Virus record (IMG/VR): IMGVR_UViG_3300032312_001422
Coordinates: 32,001 to 96,000 of that record
Length of the DNA: 64,000 nucleotides
Direction: 5' to 3' (one strand)
Source of the DNA: a virus
Lineage: Duplodnaviria; Caudoviricetes
This document shows, piece after piece, positions 37,428 through 45,876 of this stretch. The first letter of the stretch is position 1. Each line of letters starts with the position of its first letter. The position numbers and the translations under genes are program-made. The notes below the pieces were generated by a model. That model was not told where the DNA came from and ran no database searches. It saw only the letters and a program-made list of their open reading frames with translations.

Positions 37428-38482
37428 TGTTTATTGCTGACCTATTTGAATCTAATGTAATGGAAACATTTAACCAGCCTTACCCAATCACATGGGAAGA
37501 AGGCGAATTTGGCTCATACGATGCCTTGGCAAAGTTAGATGACGGCACCAATTTAAGTATTATGTTTAACTTGGAGTCGGGAGGCCCAGGAGGCATGGAT
37601 GATGAATGGCAAATAGAATTTTGGCGCAATAACAGTTTAGAACTCACCGGTGAAGGCGATGCCCAACGAGTATTTGCTACGGTACTAACAGCTATTCAAG
37701 AGTTTATTAAAAAAGAAAATCCAGAGCGTGTGCGTTTCAGTGCTGCCAAAGACGACAATGACAACAATCAGAGCCGGGCTAAATTGTATAGTCGACTAGT
37801 TCGGCGTTATGCCGCATCATGGGGATATAGTGTTGATGTTTCTGAGTATGCAGGTTCTACTGTTTATGAACTAATCAACAATCTCAATGAGATTACTGCT
37901 GTACCCACTGTGGCCAAAAGCAAACGTCAACACTTGGATGTCATGCCCAACGATGGAAAGCCGATTCCTAAAGGTCAAGAAGCCGACTACCTAACAGACT
38001 TTGTTAGTAAAATGCCCGGCGGACATGAGTTATGGAGTTGGAAAGATCGCGGGACAACAACATACTATGTGTACAATCCTGAAACACGCATTAGTCAGTT
38101 GGCCACTACTGGTCGTTCCTACTCTGAAAATCAAGATAGCTTTGTGGTAATGGGCACATACTCTGGTCCCAAGAATACTTACCGTGCCGCAGACTTGTAC
38201 GCATTTTTAATTTTACGACTTGGTATTACCTTGGTCAGCGACAAAAAACAAAGTGAAGGTGGACAACGTGTTTGGCAAGAACTACAGCGTCGCTATGGTC
38301 GTAGCATAAACATACACGGCTTTGATACTAACACCGACAGGCCAGTGAATGTAAAACCAACCCCAGCCGATGAACCCGACACCTATGTGGATCGAGACAC
38401 AGTTCATAAAGCTGGACCACAGGGCAAAAAAGAGTTGGCCACCATCAGTAGAGATCTACGTTTCGTAGCCAGTGCCCGATGA
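37427..38482 (+). CDS. Two-domain hypothetical protein, GNAT-like fold suspected; likely internal virion protein
   Basis: MFIADLFE start, internal LNE, LVSDKKQSEGGQRVWQEL. Confidence 0.55.
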   Translation: MFIADLFESNVMETFNQPYPITWEEGEFGSYDALAKLDDGTNLSIMFNLESGGPGGMDDEWQIEFWRNNSLELTGEGDAQRVFATVLTAIQEFIKKENPERVRFSAAKDDNDNNQSRAKLYSRLVRRYAASWGYSVDVSEYAGSTVYELINNLNEITAVPTVAKSKRQHLDVMPNDGKPIPKGQEADYLTDFVSKMPGGHELWSWKDRGTTTYYVYNPETRISQLATTGRSYSENQDSFVVMGTYSGPKNTYRAADLYAFLILRLGITLVSDKKQSEGGQRVWQELQRRYGRSINIHGFDTNTDRPVNVKPTPADEPDTYVDRDTVHKAGPQGKKELATISRDLRFVASAR

Positions 38483-38880
38483 GAGCCCAAGAATTTGTCA
38501 CTGAGTCTCAAGCTGTATCTAGCGAACAGGTGTGGCAATATGTCAAAGATATACACCCAGAGGATCAACAGGGTGGTGGCTTTTTAGAAAAACTAATCAA
38601 ACAATATCCACGGTACCAATTGCGTACTGTACCATTAAACAGTTTACGCATACCTGATCAAGAATATGACGATGAAGAACAAGATACCAAAACTGATGAT
38701 CCCTACAATCGTGCTATGTTTGTAGATCCCCGCCATGCCGGTGAACACAGTCAACACAATGTGGATCGTAATCCCATTGTGATAGATGCCAATGGCTATA
38801 TATTAGATGGTAATCACAGAGCCTGGGCTGCAGCAGAATTGCTGGGACGTAGTAATATAAAAGCCTGGGTACCTGTATAA
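38479..38880 (+). CDS. ParB/Srx-like nuclease-domain protein
   Basis: PIVID.NGYILDGNHRAWAA; N-terminus MRAQEFVTE. Confidence 0.75.
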   Translation: MRAQEFVTESQAVSSEQVWQYVKDIHPEDQQGGGFLEKLIKQYPRYQLRTVPLNSLRIPDQEYDDEEQDTKTDDPYNRAMFVDPRHAGEHSQHNVDRNPIVIDANGYILDGNHRAWAAAELLGRSNIKAWVPV

Positions 38881-38885
38881 AACAC

Positions 38886-38909
38886 AAAACCCGCACTAGG
38901 CGGGTTTTT
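38886..38909. terminator. Bidirectional intrinsic terminator
   Basis: AAAACCCGC-ACTAG-GCGGGTTTTT between convergent genes. Confidence 0.85.
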
Positions 38910-38944
38910 CTTTGATATATTATTGTTTTTATTTACATTGAATT

Positions 38945-39550
38945 TTAAATCATTGCGTATGCGATAGTTCTTGTAATTTCGTTTTCGTTGAGATACGCAA
39001 CAAAATTACTATCTCTCCAGTGATTTTCGGTGAAATCGGCAGCATTGGTATAGGTATGAACAGCAATCAGTTGTGTTCCAGTGTTAGTAAAACTTACTAA
39101 TTTGTCTGACGCCTCTATAGAACTTGTAAAAATATCAAAGAAACTATCGGCGATGTTGGAATCAAATGTATAAGTTGTGGTACAGCTAAATGCAGAAGAA
39201 ATTCCAGTTAATGTGTATTGACCAGTTGGGTGAGTTAATCCGTTAGCTTCGGCGTAGGCAAAGTATTCTTTGTCAAGTGCAACACCAATGCAAGTGTCGG
39301 TGGTTGACCAAGTAGACATTGAATCAAAAGTTACTTTATTTGTTTGAGTCAACAAATCTGTAGAAAGAGTACGTTCAATAATAATTGACCCCGATACATT
39401 AGTACTTCGTTGATAGGATTCAGTATTGGTCGTAAAAGTATATGGACCTGTTGCCGCTTTGAAAGACACCAGTTCTGCATTATCAGTTTCATTGAAAAAT
39501 GGAATACTGGTATTGGGTCTACTAACAATTTTTGTTTCTACGATTGCCAT
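38945..39550 (-). CDS. Hypothetical protein
   Basis: Start likely ATG at 39550 (MAIVETK) with minus-strand TAAATA core upstream. Confidence 0.6.
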   Translation of the reverse strand: MAIVETKIVSRPNTSIPFFNETDNAELVSFKAATGPYTFTTNTESYQRSTNVSGSIIIERTLSTDLLTQTNKVTFDSMSTWSTTDTCIGVALDKEYFAYAEANGLTHPTGQYTLTGISSAFSCTTTYTFDSNIADSFFDIFTSSIEASDKLVSFTNTGTQLIAVHTYTNAADFTENHWRDSNFVAYLNENEITRTIAYAMI

Positions 39551-39602
39551 GGGTAAATTCCTTGTGATATTGTATTTATGCGTCAAACGCTAACAGTCGA
39601 TC

Positions 39603-39691
39603 TGTTGTGAAAAAACAACACTTTTTGGTTGTCCAAAAAATCCATTTAATCTATAATAGTATTTATAGTGATAAACAAGGAGTAGAAAATG
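39603..39691 (+). promoter_or_regulatory. Early promoter-RBS cassette with TGTTG-N8-CAACA palindrome
   Basis: TTGTCC-N17-TATAAT...TATAGTGATAAACAAGGAG. Confidence 0.8.
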
Positions 39692-39895
39692 GGTTTAGAA
39701 AGCCGTGTTTTAGATACAGTTCAAAAAGTGTTAAAAAAGGACAATGCCGCTGGTTTTACCAATGGTTGCTTGTTTGTGGCCTGTGATGAAGCAGAAGCCC
39801 GCAAGGTTTTTCACCGTTTGAGCCGAGATTTTGGTGTGGGCAAGGTGTTAATAAATGGCCCAATTCAAGGCGAATATGCCTTTGATATAATCTAA
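39689..39895 (+). CDS. Hypothetical early protein
   Basis: Strong RBS from cassette. Confidence 0.7.
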   Translation: MGLESRVLDTVQKVLKKDNAAGFTNGCLFVACDEAEARKVFHRLSRDFGVGKVLINGPIQGEYAFDII

Positions 39896-39901
39896 AAACG
39901 G

Positions 39902-39963
39902 TTGACCCAAAAAGACATTTAATCTATAATAGTAGTTATAGTGATAAACAAGGAGCAAAAATG
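39902..39963 (+). promoter_or_regulatory. Early promoter-RBS cassette
   Basis: TTGACC-N17-TATAAT...TATAGTGATAAACAAGGAG, nearly identical to 39629-39691. Confidence 0.8.
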
Positions 39964-40176
39964 AAGCTAGAAATTGGAACTCAAATTACCTGGGTCAGTG
40001 CCGCAGGCAAGTTAAGCGGTACAATTAAAAACATTGTTTTGGCCAAAAATGCTGCTGATAAAGTTGTTCCTTGGATTGATGTAGTATATGGCCAAGATTG
40101 TGGTGCTAGGTTGTGTGCCACTGATAGCAATCTTAAACAACTGAAAGTTCAATATTTAAAATTGGAGACTGTATGA
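39961..40176 (+). CDS. Hypothetical early protein
   Basis: Strong RBS from cassette. Confidence 0.7.
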   Translation: MKLEIGTQITWVSAAGKLSGTIKNIVLAKNAADKVVPWIDVVYGQDCGARLCATDSNLKQLKVQYLKLETV

Positions 40177-40448
40177 TTGACATCGTAGATATTCGTACCG
40201 CTATTGTTTCAGGTCGTTTTACCAACGCCGAACTAGATACTATACAAACGGCTATGACATTTGCTCGCAGTCAGCTTGCCAAAACGAAGATTCGTTCGTT
40301 TAACCGAGGTGCCATGGTCAAGTTTACCAGCAACCGAAATGGTCAATTTTATGTCGGTACCGTGGAAAAAGTAGGCATCAAGAATATCACAGTTCGTACC
40401 GCTGTGGGTCTATATCGTGTGCCGGCCAACATGTTGGAGTCAGTATGA
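40173..40448 (+). CDS. Hypothetical protein (SH3-like beta fold possible)
   Basis: ATGA-coupled; GAMVKF...GTVEKV...YRVPANML. Confidence 0.65.
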   Translation: MIDIVDIRTAIVSGRFTNAELDTIQTAMTFARSQLAKTKIRSFNRGAMVKFTSNRNGQFYVGTVEKVGIKNITVRTAVGLYRVPANMLESV

Positions 40449-40537
40449 TAATTATTGACATTGGCCTGGTCCTGATGGCTGTGGGTGGTTTTGGTCTAAT
40501 TGCAACTTTTTTGATATGGTGGAACTTGCGTGGATAA
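40445..40537 (+). CDS. Small membrane peptide (30 aa)
   Basis: MIIIDIGLVLMAVGGFGLIATFLIWWNLRG; ATGA-coupled. Confidence 0.5.
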   Translation: MIIIDIGLVLMAVGGFGLIATFLIWWNLRG

Positions 40538-40685
40538 TTTTTTAATTGAAGTAGATTACGATCCTGTTAGCGGATCTTATATGGCCTGCTATGCTAATGG
40601 GCAGAACATTTTGTTGGGTGGCAACACTTACCAAGATGCGGTGCTAGAAGCAGATTTAATCAATCCCGAGGAGTATGCATCATGA
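40530..40685 (+). CDS. Small hypothetical protein (51 aa)
   Basis: GTG start, fills gap in coupled gene string. Confidence 0.45.
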   Translation: MDNFLIEVDYDPVSGSYMACYANGQNILLGGNTYQDAVLEADLINPEEYAS

Positions 40686-40810
40686 AATCATTTATTTTAG
40701 GTACCATTTTTGGTTTGATTTTGGCTACTGTGGGTTTCAGTGGTATTGCTAACATTTTAGACAAAGGTGTGCAGACCGTTAAGACTCAAAGCCAGGAGTT
40801 GGCCAAATGA
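40682..40810 (+). CDS. Small membrane peptide (42 aa)
   Basis: MKSFILGTIFGLILATVGFSGIANILDKG...; GAGGAG RBS, ATGA-coupled both ends. Confidence 0.55.
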   Translation: MKSFILGTIFGLILATVGFSGIANILDKGVQTVKTQSQELAK

Positions 40811-40947
40811 AAACCGTTGCTATTGTTGTCCTGGTTGGCATGCTGACCGCTTGCGGTACTGTGGCCGGTATTGGTAGCGACATCCAAAAGTCCGCAGAAT
40901 GGACCCGAGACAAGATGTCTGGTACCAAATTGGATTCTACCAAGTAA
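40807..40947 (+). CDS. Entericidin (EcnA/B)-like lipoprotein (46 aa, absent from ORF track)
   Basis: MKTVAIVVLVGMLTACGTVAGIGSDIQ: lipobox LTAC followed by TVAGxGxDI. Confidence 0.7.
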   Translation: MKTVAIVVLVGMLTACGTVAGIGSDIQKSAEWTRDKMSGTKLDSTK

Positions 40948-41072
40948 TTTTGGTAAAAGGAATTTCATATTATGGTTGACTTGTAATTCGAATTAACCTA
41001 TAATATGAAATATGTTGGAGTGTGTCCAGCATAAATTGTAGTATTTTTTTAACTTAAAGATGGAGTTTTAAA

Positions 41073-41393
41073 ATGGATAAATTGTTCAAAGTTGGTGGTG
41101 TTTCTAAAACTAAAGGTCAGTATAAGGTGCGTTTTGCCGGTGACATGACTCGTATCAAGATCTTGGCCAAGACTGATAGTGATATCAATCTTATGGAATT
41201 GCCTAAGGCAATGTCCAAGCCAGAGTTGGTCACTTTCTTAAAGACCACAGAATTGTATGCCAATGGCGACTATCGTGCCGCAATTGATGCTGCTGATGCC
41301 AAGTACAATGGTACAGTAAGTGCCAAAGCTGGTAAAGTCAAGCCAAGTCTTGAAGCTATCAAGGCTCGTGCAACAGCCAAAGAAGCAGTATAA
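41073..41393 (+). CDS. Small basic hypothetical protein
   Basis: TTGACT-N17-TATAAT promoter, leader hairpin, GGAG RBS. Confidence 0.7.
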   Translation: MDKLFKVGGVSKTKGQYKVRFAGDMTRIKILAKTDSDINLMELPKAMSKPELVTFLKTTELYANGDYRAAIDAADAKYNGTVSAKAGKVKPSLEAIKARATAKEAV

Positions 41394-41431
41394 TAATCAA
41401 CGGGCACTCGCTGTGAAGCGTATAAGTCCCG

Positions 41432-41595
41432 TTATTATTGATAAGTGTTTGAGATGGAAACATGGGTATCGTCAGCAGACGTGTTGACTATACGGGCCTA
41501 ACTGGCGTGGAACAGGTCCTGACATAACTAACCAGACGCTATTGCCGGAAAGCATCCGACGCATAAATTGGTACTCAAGCACTTATTAATAATAA
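41432..41595 (+). ncRNA. Candidate structured non-coding RNA of unknown family
   Basis: 22-bp closing stem (41432-41453/41574-41595) enclosing several hairpins; no credible ORF; strand assumed. Confidence 0.55.
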
Positions 41596-41603
41596 ATATC
41601 ATT

Positions 41604-41774
41604 ATGGAACAATCTAAAAAACCCGTAGACCAATTTTACTATTCCGAGGACGAATGGGCAAGGTTAGGTTGTGGCCCTTTGCCACCCGAACGTGATCGTA
41701 ACTCACAATTACAAAATGCGGTGGCACGAGGCAATTCCCGTATTGACGGTAAGAATGTAAAAGGTTATAACTGA
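41604..41774 (+). CDS. Small hypothetical protein
   Basis: ATG 41604 just after TAAATA core. Confidence 0.55.
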   Translation: MEQSKKPVDQFYYSEDEWARLGCGPLPPERDRNSQLQNAVARGNSRIDGKNVKGYN

Positions 41775-41907
41775 CATGGGACTATTGGCATTTGCCGTTA
41801 TTTCGGCTCTTATAATTTATCTGTTAATTTCCATCAAAGACTGGACGGAATAACTTTCCTGGCCCAACCCAGGGCATAATAAATAGTGTTACAACCCAAG
41901 GAAGTCT

Positions 41908-43362
41908 ATGTTATTCGAAATCCACGCTGAGCGTAACGCCTCAGACAAAAAAATCTTTTATTATGACAACGAAACCAACACTTTAAAAAGTGAAGATGGT
42001 ACAGTATTTGAGTACCCGCAAATACAGGAACAAAATCAGACACCATTTGTTCCTTTCGATCGCAACCGACCCTTGAAGAAAAGCCGTGCAATACAGTTAT
42101 TGAAGATCCAAATGGGACTCAGTTGTAACTATAGTTGCGATTACTGTAGTCAAAAGTTTGTGGAACGTGCTCCGGAAACTTCAAAGAAAGACATTGATCT
42201 TTTTTTAGAAAAATTCAAAGTGTTAGAGTTTGATGAACAAAAGGGACTCAAAGTAGAGTTTTGGGGCGGAGAGCCATTTGTATATTGGAAAACATTCAAA
42301 CCCTTGGCTGAAGCTATTCTGGAAAAATTTTCCCATTGGAAACGCAAGCCACAGTTCAGTGTGATCACCAATGGCAGCATACTCAATGAGGAAATCATTG
42401 ACTGGCTTATGAAGCTGAACTTTGTTGTGAGCATCAGTCACGACGGTCCGGGACAACATGTGCGTGGACCCGATCCTTTTGCAGATCCTGAAAAGAAAAA
42501 ACAGATCCTGGGATTTTATCGTCAAATGAGTCGACTCAAAAAGGGCTTTAGTTTTAATCCCATGCTGAATGCTCAAAACATCAGTCGTAAACGGATCTAT
42601 GATTGGTTTGTGGATTTCACTGGAGATCCCAATGTAGTCCTAGGCGAGGGCGGAATCGTAGACAGCTATGATGCGGATGGCATGCAAAACAGCCTGCAAA
42701 CCAAACAGCAACATTTTGAATTTAGACGTACAGCCTTTGCTGATATCTTTAGCACACAAGGGCAAATTGGATTCAAGATGCAGTTGGACAAAATTGATGG
42801 CTTTACACAAAGCGTGTTGAGTCATGCTGATTCCAAGTATCTGGGACAAAAATGTGGCATGGACAATGAAAACACCTTGGCCATTGACCTACGTGGTAAT
42901 GTGATGACTTGTCAAAACGTCAGCAGTCTTGAAACTGGCAAAAACGGTGAAAGCCACTTGGGTGGTAATTTAGATGACTATGACAACGTGGCCATCAAGA
43001 CAAGTACACATTGGTCGAATCGTGCCGAATGCCCCAAGTGCCCTGTGTTGCATCTCTGTAAAGGTGCCTGCATGTTCCTGGACAAAGAGTTTTGGGATGT
43101 CAGTTGCGCCAACTCCTATTCAGACAATGTGGCCCTGTTTGCCTTGGCCATAGAAAAAATAACGGGTTATATTCCCACCTTGATCAAACAAGATGAATTG
43201 CCTTTGGAACGTCAAGACATATTTGGTACCATATACCAGCACACAGAAACTGAAAAGAAACGCATTATACCTATCAAAATTGTCAGTGAAGTAGTTGGAG
43301 AAATTGAAGGTGTTGAAGTGTATGGGCAAAGTCGTGTAGAATCAGTCATAAATACTCAATAA
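41908..43362 (+). CDS. Radical SAM/SPASM-domain maturase-like enzyme
   Basis: CNYSCDYC, FWGGEP, ISHDG, KCG...DLRGNVMTCQ...CPKCPVLHLCKGAC...C. Confidence 0.9.
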   Translation: MLFEIHAERNASDKKIFYYDNETNTLKSEDGTVFEYPQIQEQNQTPFVPFDRNRPLKKSRAIQLLKIQMGLSCNYSCDYCSQKFVERAPETSKKDIDLFLEKFKVLEFDEQKGLKVEFWGGEPFVYWKTFKPLAEAILEKFSHWKRKPQFSVITNGSILNEEIIDWLMKLNFVVSISHDGPGQHVRGPDPFADPEKKKQILGFYRQMSRLKKGFSFNPMLNAQNISRKRIYDWFVDFTGDPNVVLGEGGIVDSYDADGMQNSLQTKQQHFEFRRTAFADIFSTQGQIGFKMQLDKIDGFTQSVLSHADSKYLGQKCGMDNENTLAIDLRGNVMTCQNVSSLETGKNGESHLGGNLDDYDNVAIKTSTHWSNRAECPKCPVLHLCKGACMFLDKEFWDVSCANSYSDNVALFALAIEKITGYIPTLIKQDELPLERQDIFGTIYQHTETEKKRIIPIKIVSEVVGEIEGVEVYGQSRVESVINTQ

Positions 43363-43374
43363 AGTGAATTTACT

Positions 43375-44283
43375 ATGACACTACCAGCATCAGGACAAAT
43401 TGCAATCAGCGACGTCAGCGCCAAAATTGGGCAGGCCGCCACTTTCTCCACAAGTTTAAATTTCCTCAATGGATTAATTCGTAGTGATCAACGCCCGGCC
43501 ACACCTAGCATGACTGCTTTTTACAACAAAAACTATTTTCAAAATACTGCCGACGGTGCCAACTGTGCCAACGGCAACTGCACAGCAAATTGCAACTGCG
43601 GCAATATTCAATGTACTAATTGTGTCATAACTGGCACGATTAATTGTGGCAATTGTGACAGTCAGGCCTGGTTGCAGAATAACTGTAACTGTGCCTGTAC
43701 ATATAACTGTACCAGTGCAAACACAAGTTATGCGTGTAACTGTGCCTGTAACTGTAGTAAAATTATCTGCGCCAAGTTATACGACTTTGGCCTAATGGAT
43801 CAAAATATTTGGGCAGCTGACCAAGCATACGGTCAGTGGTTGCGTAAGAAAGACCGTAGAGTATATCGCGGTTATGTTCGCTGGGCACGTATTGTTACTG
43901 CTTGGATGGACGGCAAAGGTCCCAACTACATGCCCTGGATCTTGGATGCTGACCGTCGTAGTGAGGCACAAAAGGCCGCTATCACAGACATGGCTATCAA
44001 GATCGGCACACCATGGTCAGAGCATATGGCCTACTTGATGGGTGCGTTGCCCGAAGACAACGTCCAAGGACGTATTCTAATGGAAATAGGTAAACCTATT
44101 TGCCGATTTGTCGATAGCTTACCACGTGTTGGTAAAAAGTCACGTCGCCATCGCTTACCAACATTATACACAATGTGGGCTTTGTTTTACTTGAGTTACT
44201 ACACTTCTTTGGTAGGTGCTCGAACTCATTTGTTTTTTAAAAGTTTTAGTTTTGACAAACTAAGACAAAGGACAATAAAATGA
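43375..44283 (+). CDS. Cys/Asn-rich virion-type protein; candidate radical SAM substrate
   Basis: MTLPASGQIAISD...FYNK N-terminus; 16 Cys in residues 63-127; separate C-terminal helical domain. Confidence 0.75.
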   Translation: MTLPASGQIAISDVSAKIGQAATFSTSLNFLNGLIRSDQRPATPSMTAFYNKNYFQNTADGANCANGNCTANCNCGNIQCTNCVITGTINCGNCDSQAWLQNNCNCACTYNCTSANTSYACNCACNCSKIICAKLYDFGLMDQNIWAADQAYGQWLRKKDRRVYRGYVRWARIVTAWMDGKGPNYMPWILDADRRSEAQKAAITDMAIKIGTPWSEHMAYLMGALPEDNVQGRILMEIGKPICRFVDSLPRVGKKSRRHRLPTLYTMWALFYLSYYTSLVGARTHLFFKSFSFDKLRQRTIK

Positions 44284-44918
44284 CCACGGTCATTGATGAA
44301 AGTATTTTTTCCAGTAGTGTGAAACAATCATTATGGGAATGTCCGGTGTGGCACCAAAAAACTCCGTTTACAGAAACGTTTAATAAAGAGTTGTTGAAAG
44401 AAATGTACGAGATTGCTAGTACGTTTGACGAATCCTCAGGGAAAGAATCCCTATTAGATTATGATCGTCCCTGTATGCAAGAATTAATTGACTTTAAGAC
44501 TGAGGTAATCACCAATGTTGTCAATCAATACATGCCAGACACGCAAGAAGCCCGGTTTGTTGTATCGGGTGCTTGGCTTAATGTAAACACAGCCGGAGAA
44601 CGAATCGAACTTCATGCACACCCCGATTCGTCTATAGCTTGTAGTTATTACATACAAGGACCAGATGTTGGCGGTGAGTTTTACTATGTTGATACCGGCA
44701 GAGTTGGCGAGCACCGAACAGAAATTAAAACAATAACCCCTAAAAATGGCGACATGATATTTTTGCCATCGTATGTGCTACACGGAGTCAAGATGAATCT
44801 GGGGAGATGTAGAGTAAACCTGACTACAGATTTTAAACATGACCTTACCAAAGACAGCAAGGATCAGTTAGTGTTGAAAAGTTTTATAAACAGTATGCTA
44901 AGGATTAAGGATTTATGA
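44280..44918 (+). CDS. Putative 2OG-Fe(II) oxygenase (TIGR02466-like)
   Basis: WLNVN...HAH.DS...YY...G...IFLPSYVLHGV. Confidence 0.8.
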   Translation: MTTVIDESIFSSSVKQSLWECPVWHQKTPFTETFNKELLKEMYEIASTFDESSGKESLLDYDRPCMQELIDFKTEVITNVVNQYMPDTQEARFVVSGAWLNVNTAGERIELHAHPDSSIACSYYIQGPDVGGEFYYVDTGRVGEHRTEIKTITPKNGDMIFLPSYVLHGVKMNLGRCRVNLTTDFKHDLTKDSKDQLVLKSFINSMLRIKDL

Positions 44919-45313
44919 GCGATATTATTGTAGGCAAGCAACCAGTAGATTTTGATGCTGAAGATTACAACCGATATGTCAAGTATTTTTTAGACACTGA
45001 AGTTGGCGGTATTGTGTTCAATCTCACCAAGGATGAACAAGACAGCTTCTTTGAGATGTGTTATCGATATCCTGTCATATTAGACAAAGTGTTTTTGCTA
45101 CCCGGTGATCCTTTAATGAATTATATCATGTATGGTAACGAATTTTATGATGCACTCAAAAATCCACATGATGGTATTGACTTTAGTCCAAGCTACATTG
45201 TGGCTCAATATCGAGAGTGGGCTAAGGCACGCAATATACCCGAGCCTGTAGATCAAGTGGCAGTTGAAGGCTTAGATGTCACACCCATGCTGGAATTCCA
45301 AAAACAGCTATGA
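44915..45313 (+). CDS. Hypothetical protein
   Basis: ATGA-coupled within oxygenase cluster. Confidence 0.6.
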   Translation: MSDIIVGKQPVDFDAEDYNRYVKYFLDTEVGGIVFNLTKDEQDSFFEMCYRYPVILDKVFLLPGDPLMNYIMYGNEFYDALKNPHDGIDFSPSYIVAQYREWAKARNIPEPVDQVAVEGLDVTPMLEFQKQL

Positions 45314-45876
45314 ATCGGTACTATACTAAGTTAGATAGTATTAGTCCAAGCCTGTACAACAATTTTGAAAACCTAGGCGAACAACACGTTTGCGGCGGTG
45401 GATGGACTAGATACTACCGCACCAACTTGAGCAGAAATATACTATTGCCAGACCACTTGAAGCAGAGTTTTAATCTAAGCTACATGACATTTATTGGCGA
45501 CAATGCTCATCCACATGTGGATTTAGAGATAGGTTGTAGAATAAACATATATCTGTCTGACAATAAATGCCCAACCAAGTTCTTTAGTGTAAAGTCTGAG
45601 GAATTTACCAAACCCAAACCAGTCACGTGTGTAGGGTGTACAGTAGAAAAGTTCTGTGCTGGAGAGTGCCAGTGCAGTTACAAACTTGATAATCTAATGT
45701 TAGAGGATGAATTCGTAGCCCGCAAACACGACATATACCTGTTAAATATTCGCAAGATACACAGCGTAGAAGGACTCAGTAAAACCAATTACAGAGAAGC
45801 CCTGTCGTTTACCACCGATCTTTCTTATGAAACAGTATACGAATCTTTACAGCAATATGGCGCATTCTCTGTTTAA
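45310..45876 (+). CDS. Putative Fe(II) oxygenase (cupin) with Cys-rich insert
   Basis: PHVD...IHSVE...REALS; CVGC...CAGECQC insert. Confidence 0.55.
   Translation: MNRYYTKLDSISPSLYNNFENLGEQHVCGGGWTRYYRTNLSRNILLPDHLKQSFNLSYMTFIGDNAHPHVDLEIGCRINIYLSDNKCPTKFFSVKSEEFTKPKPVTCVGCTVEKFCAGECQCSYKLDNLMLEDEFVARKHDIYLLNIRKIHSVEGLSKTNYREALSFTTDLSYETVYESLQQYGAFSV

Noticed and set aside
41432-41595. Retron msr-msd (long terminal inverted repeat)
   Set aside because: No reverse transcriptase in the window and no long msd hairpin recognised; kept only as an unassigned ncRNA
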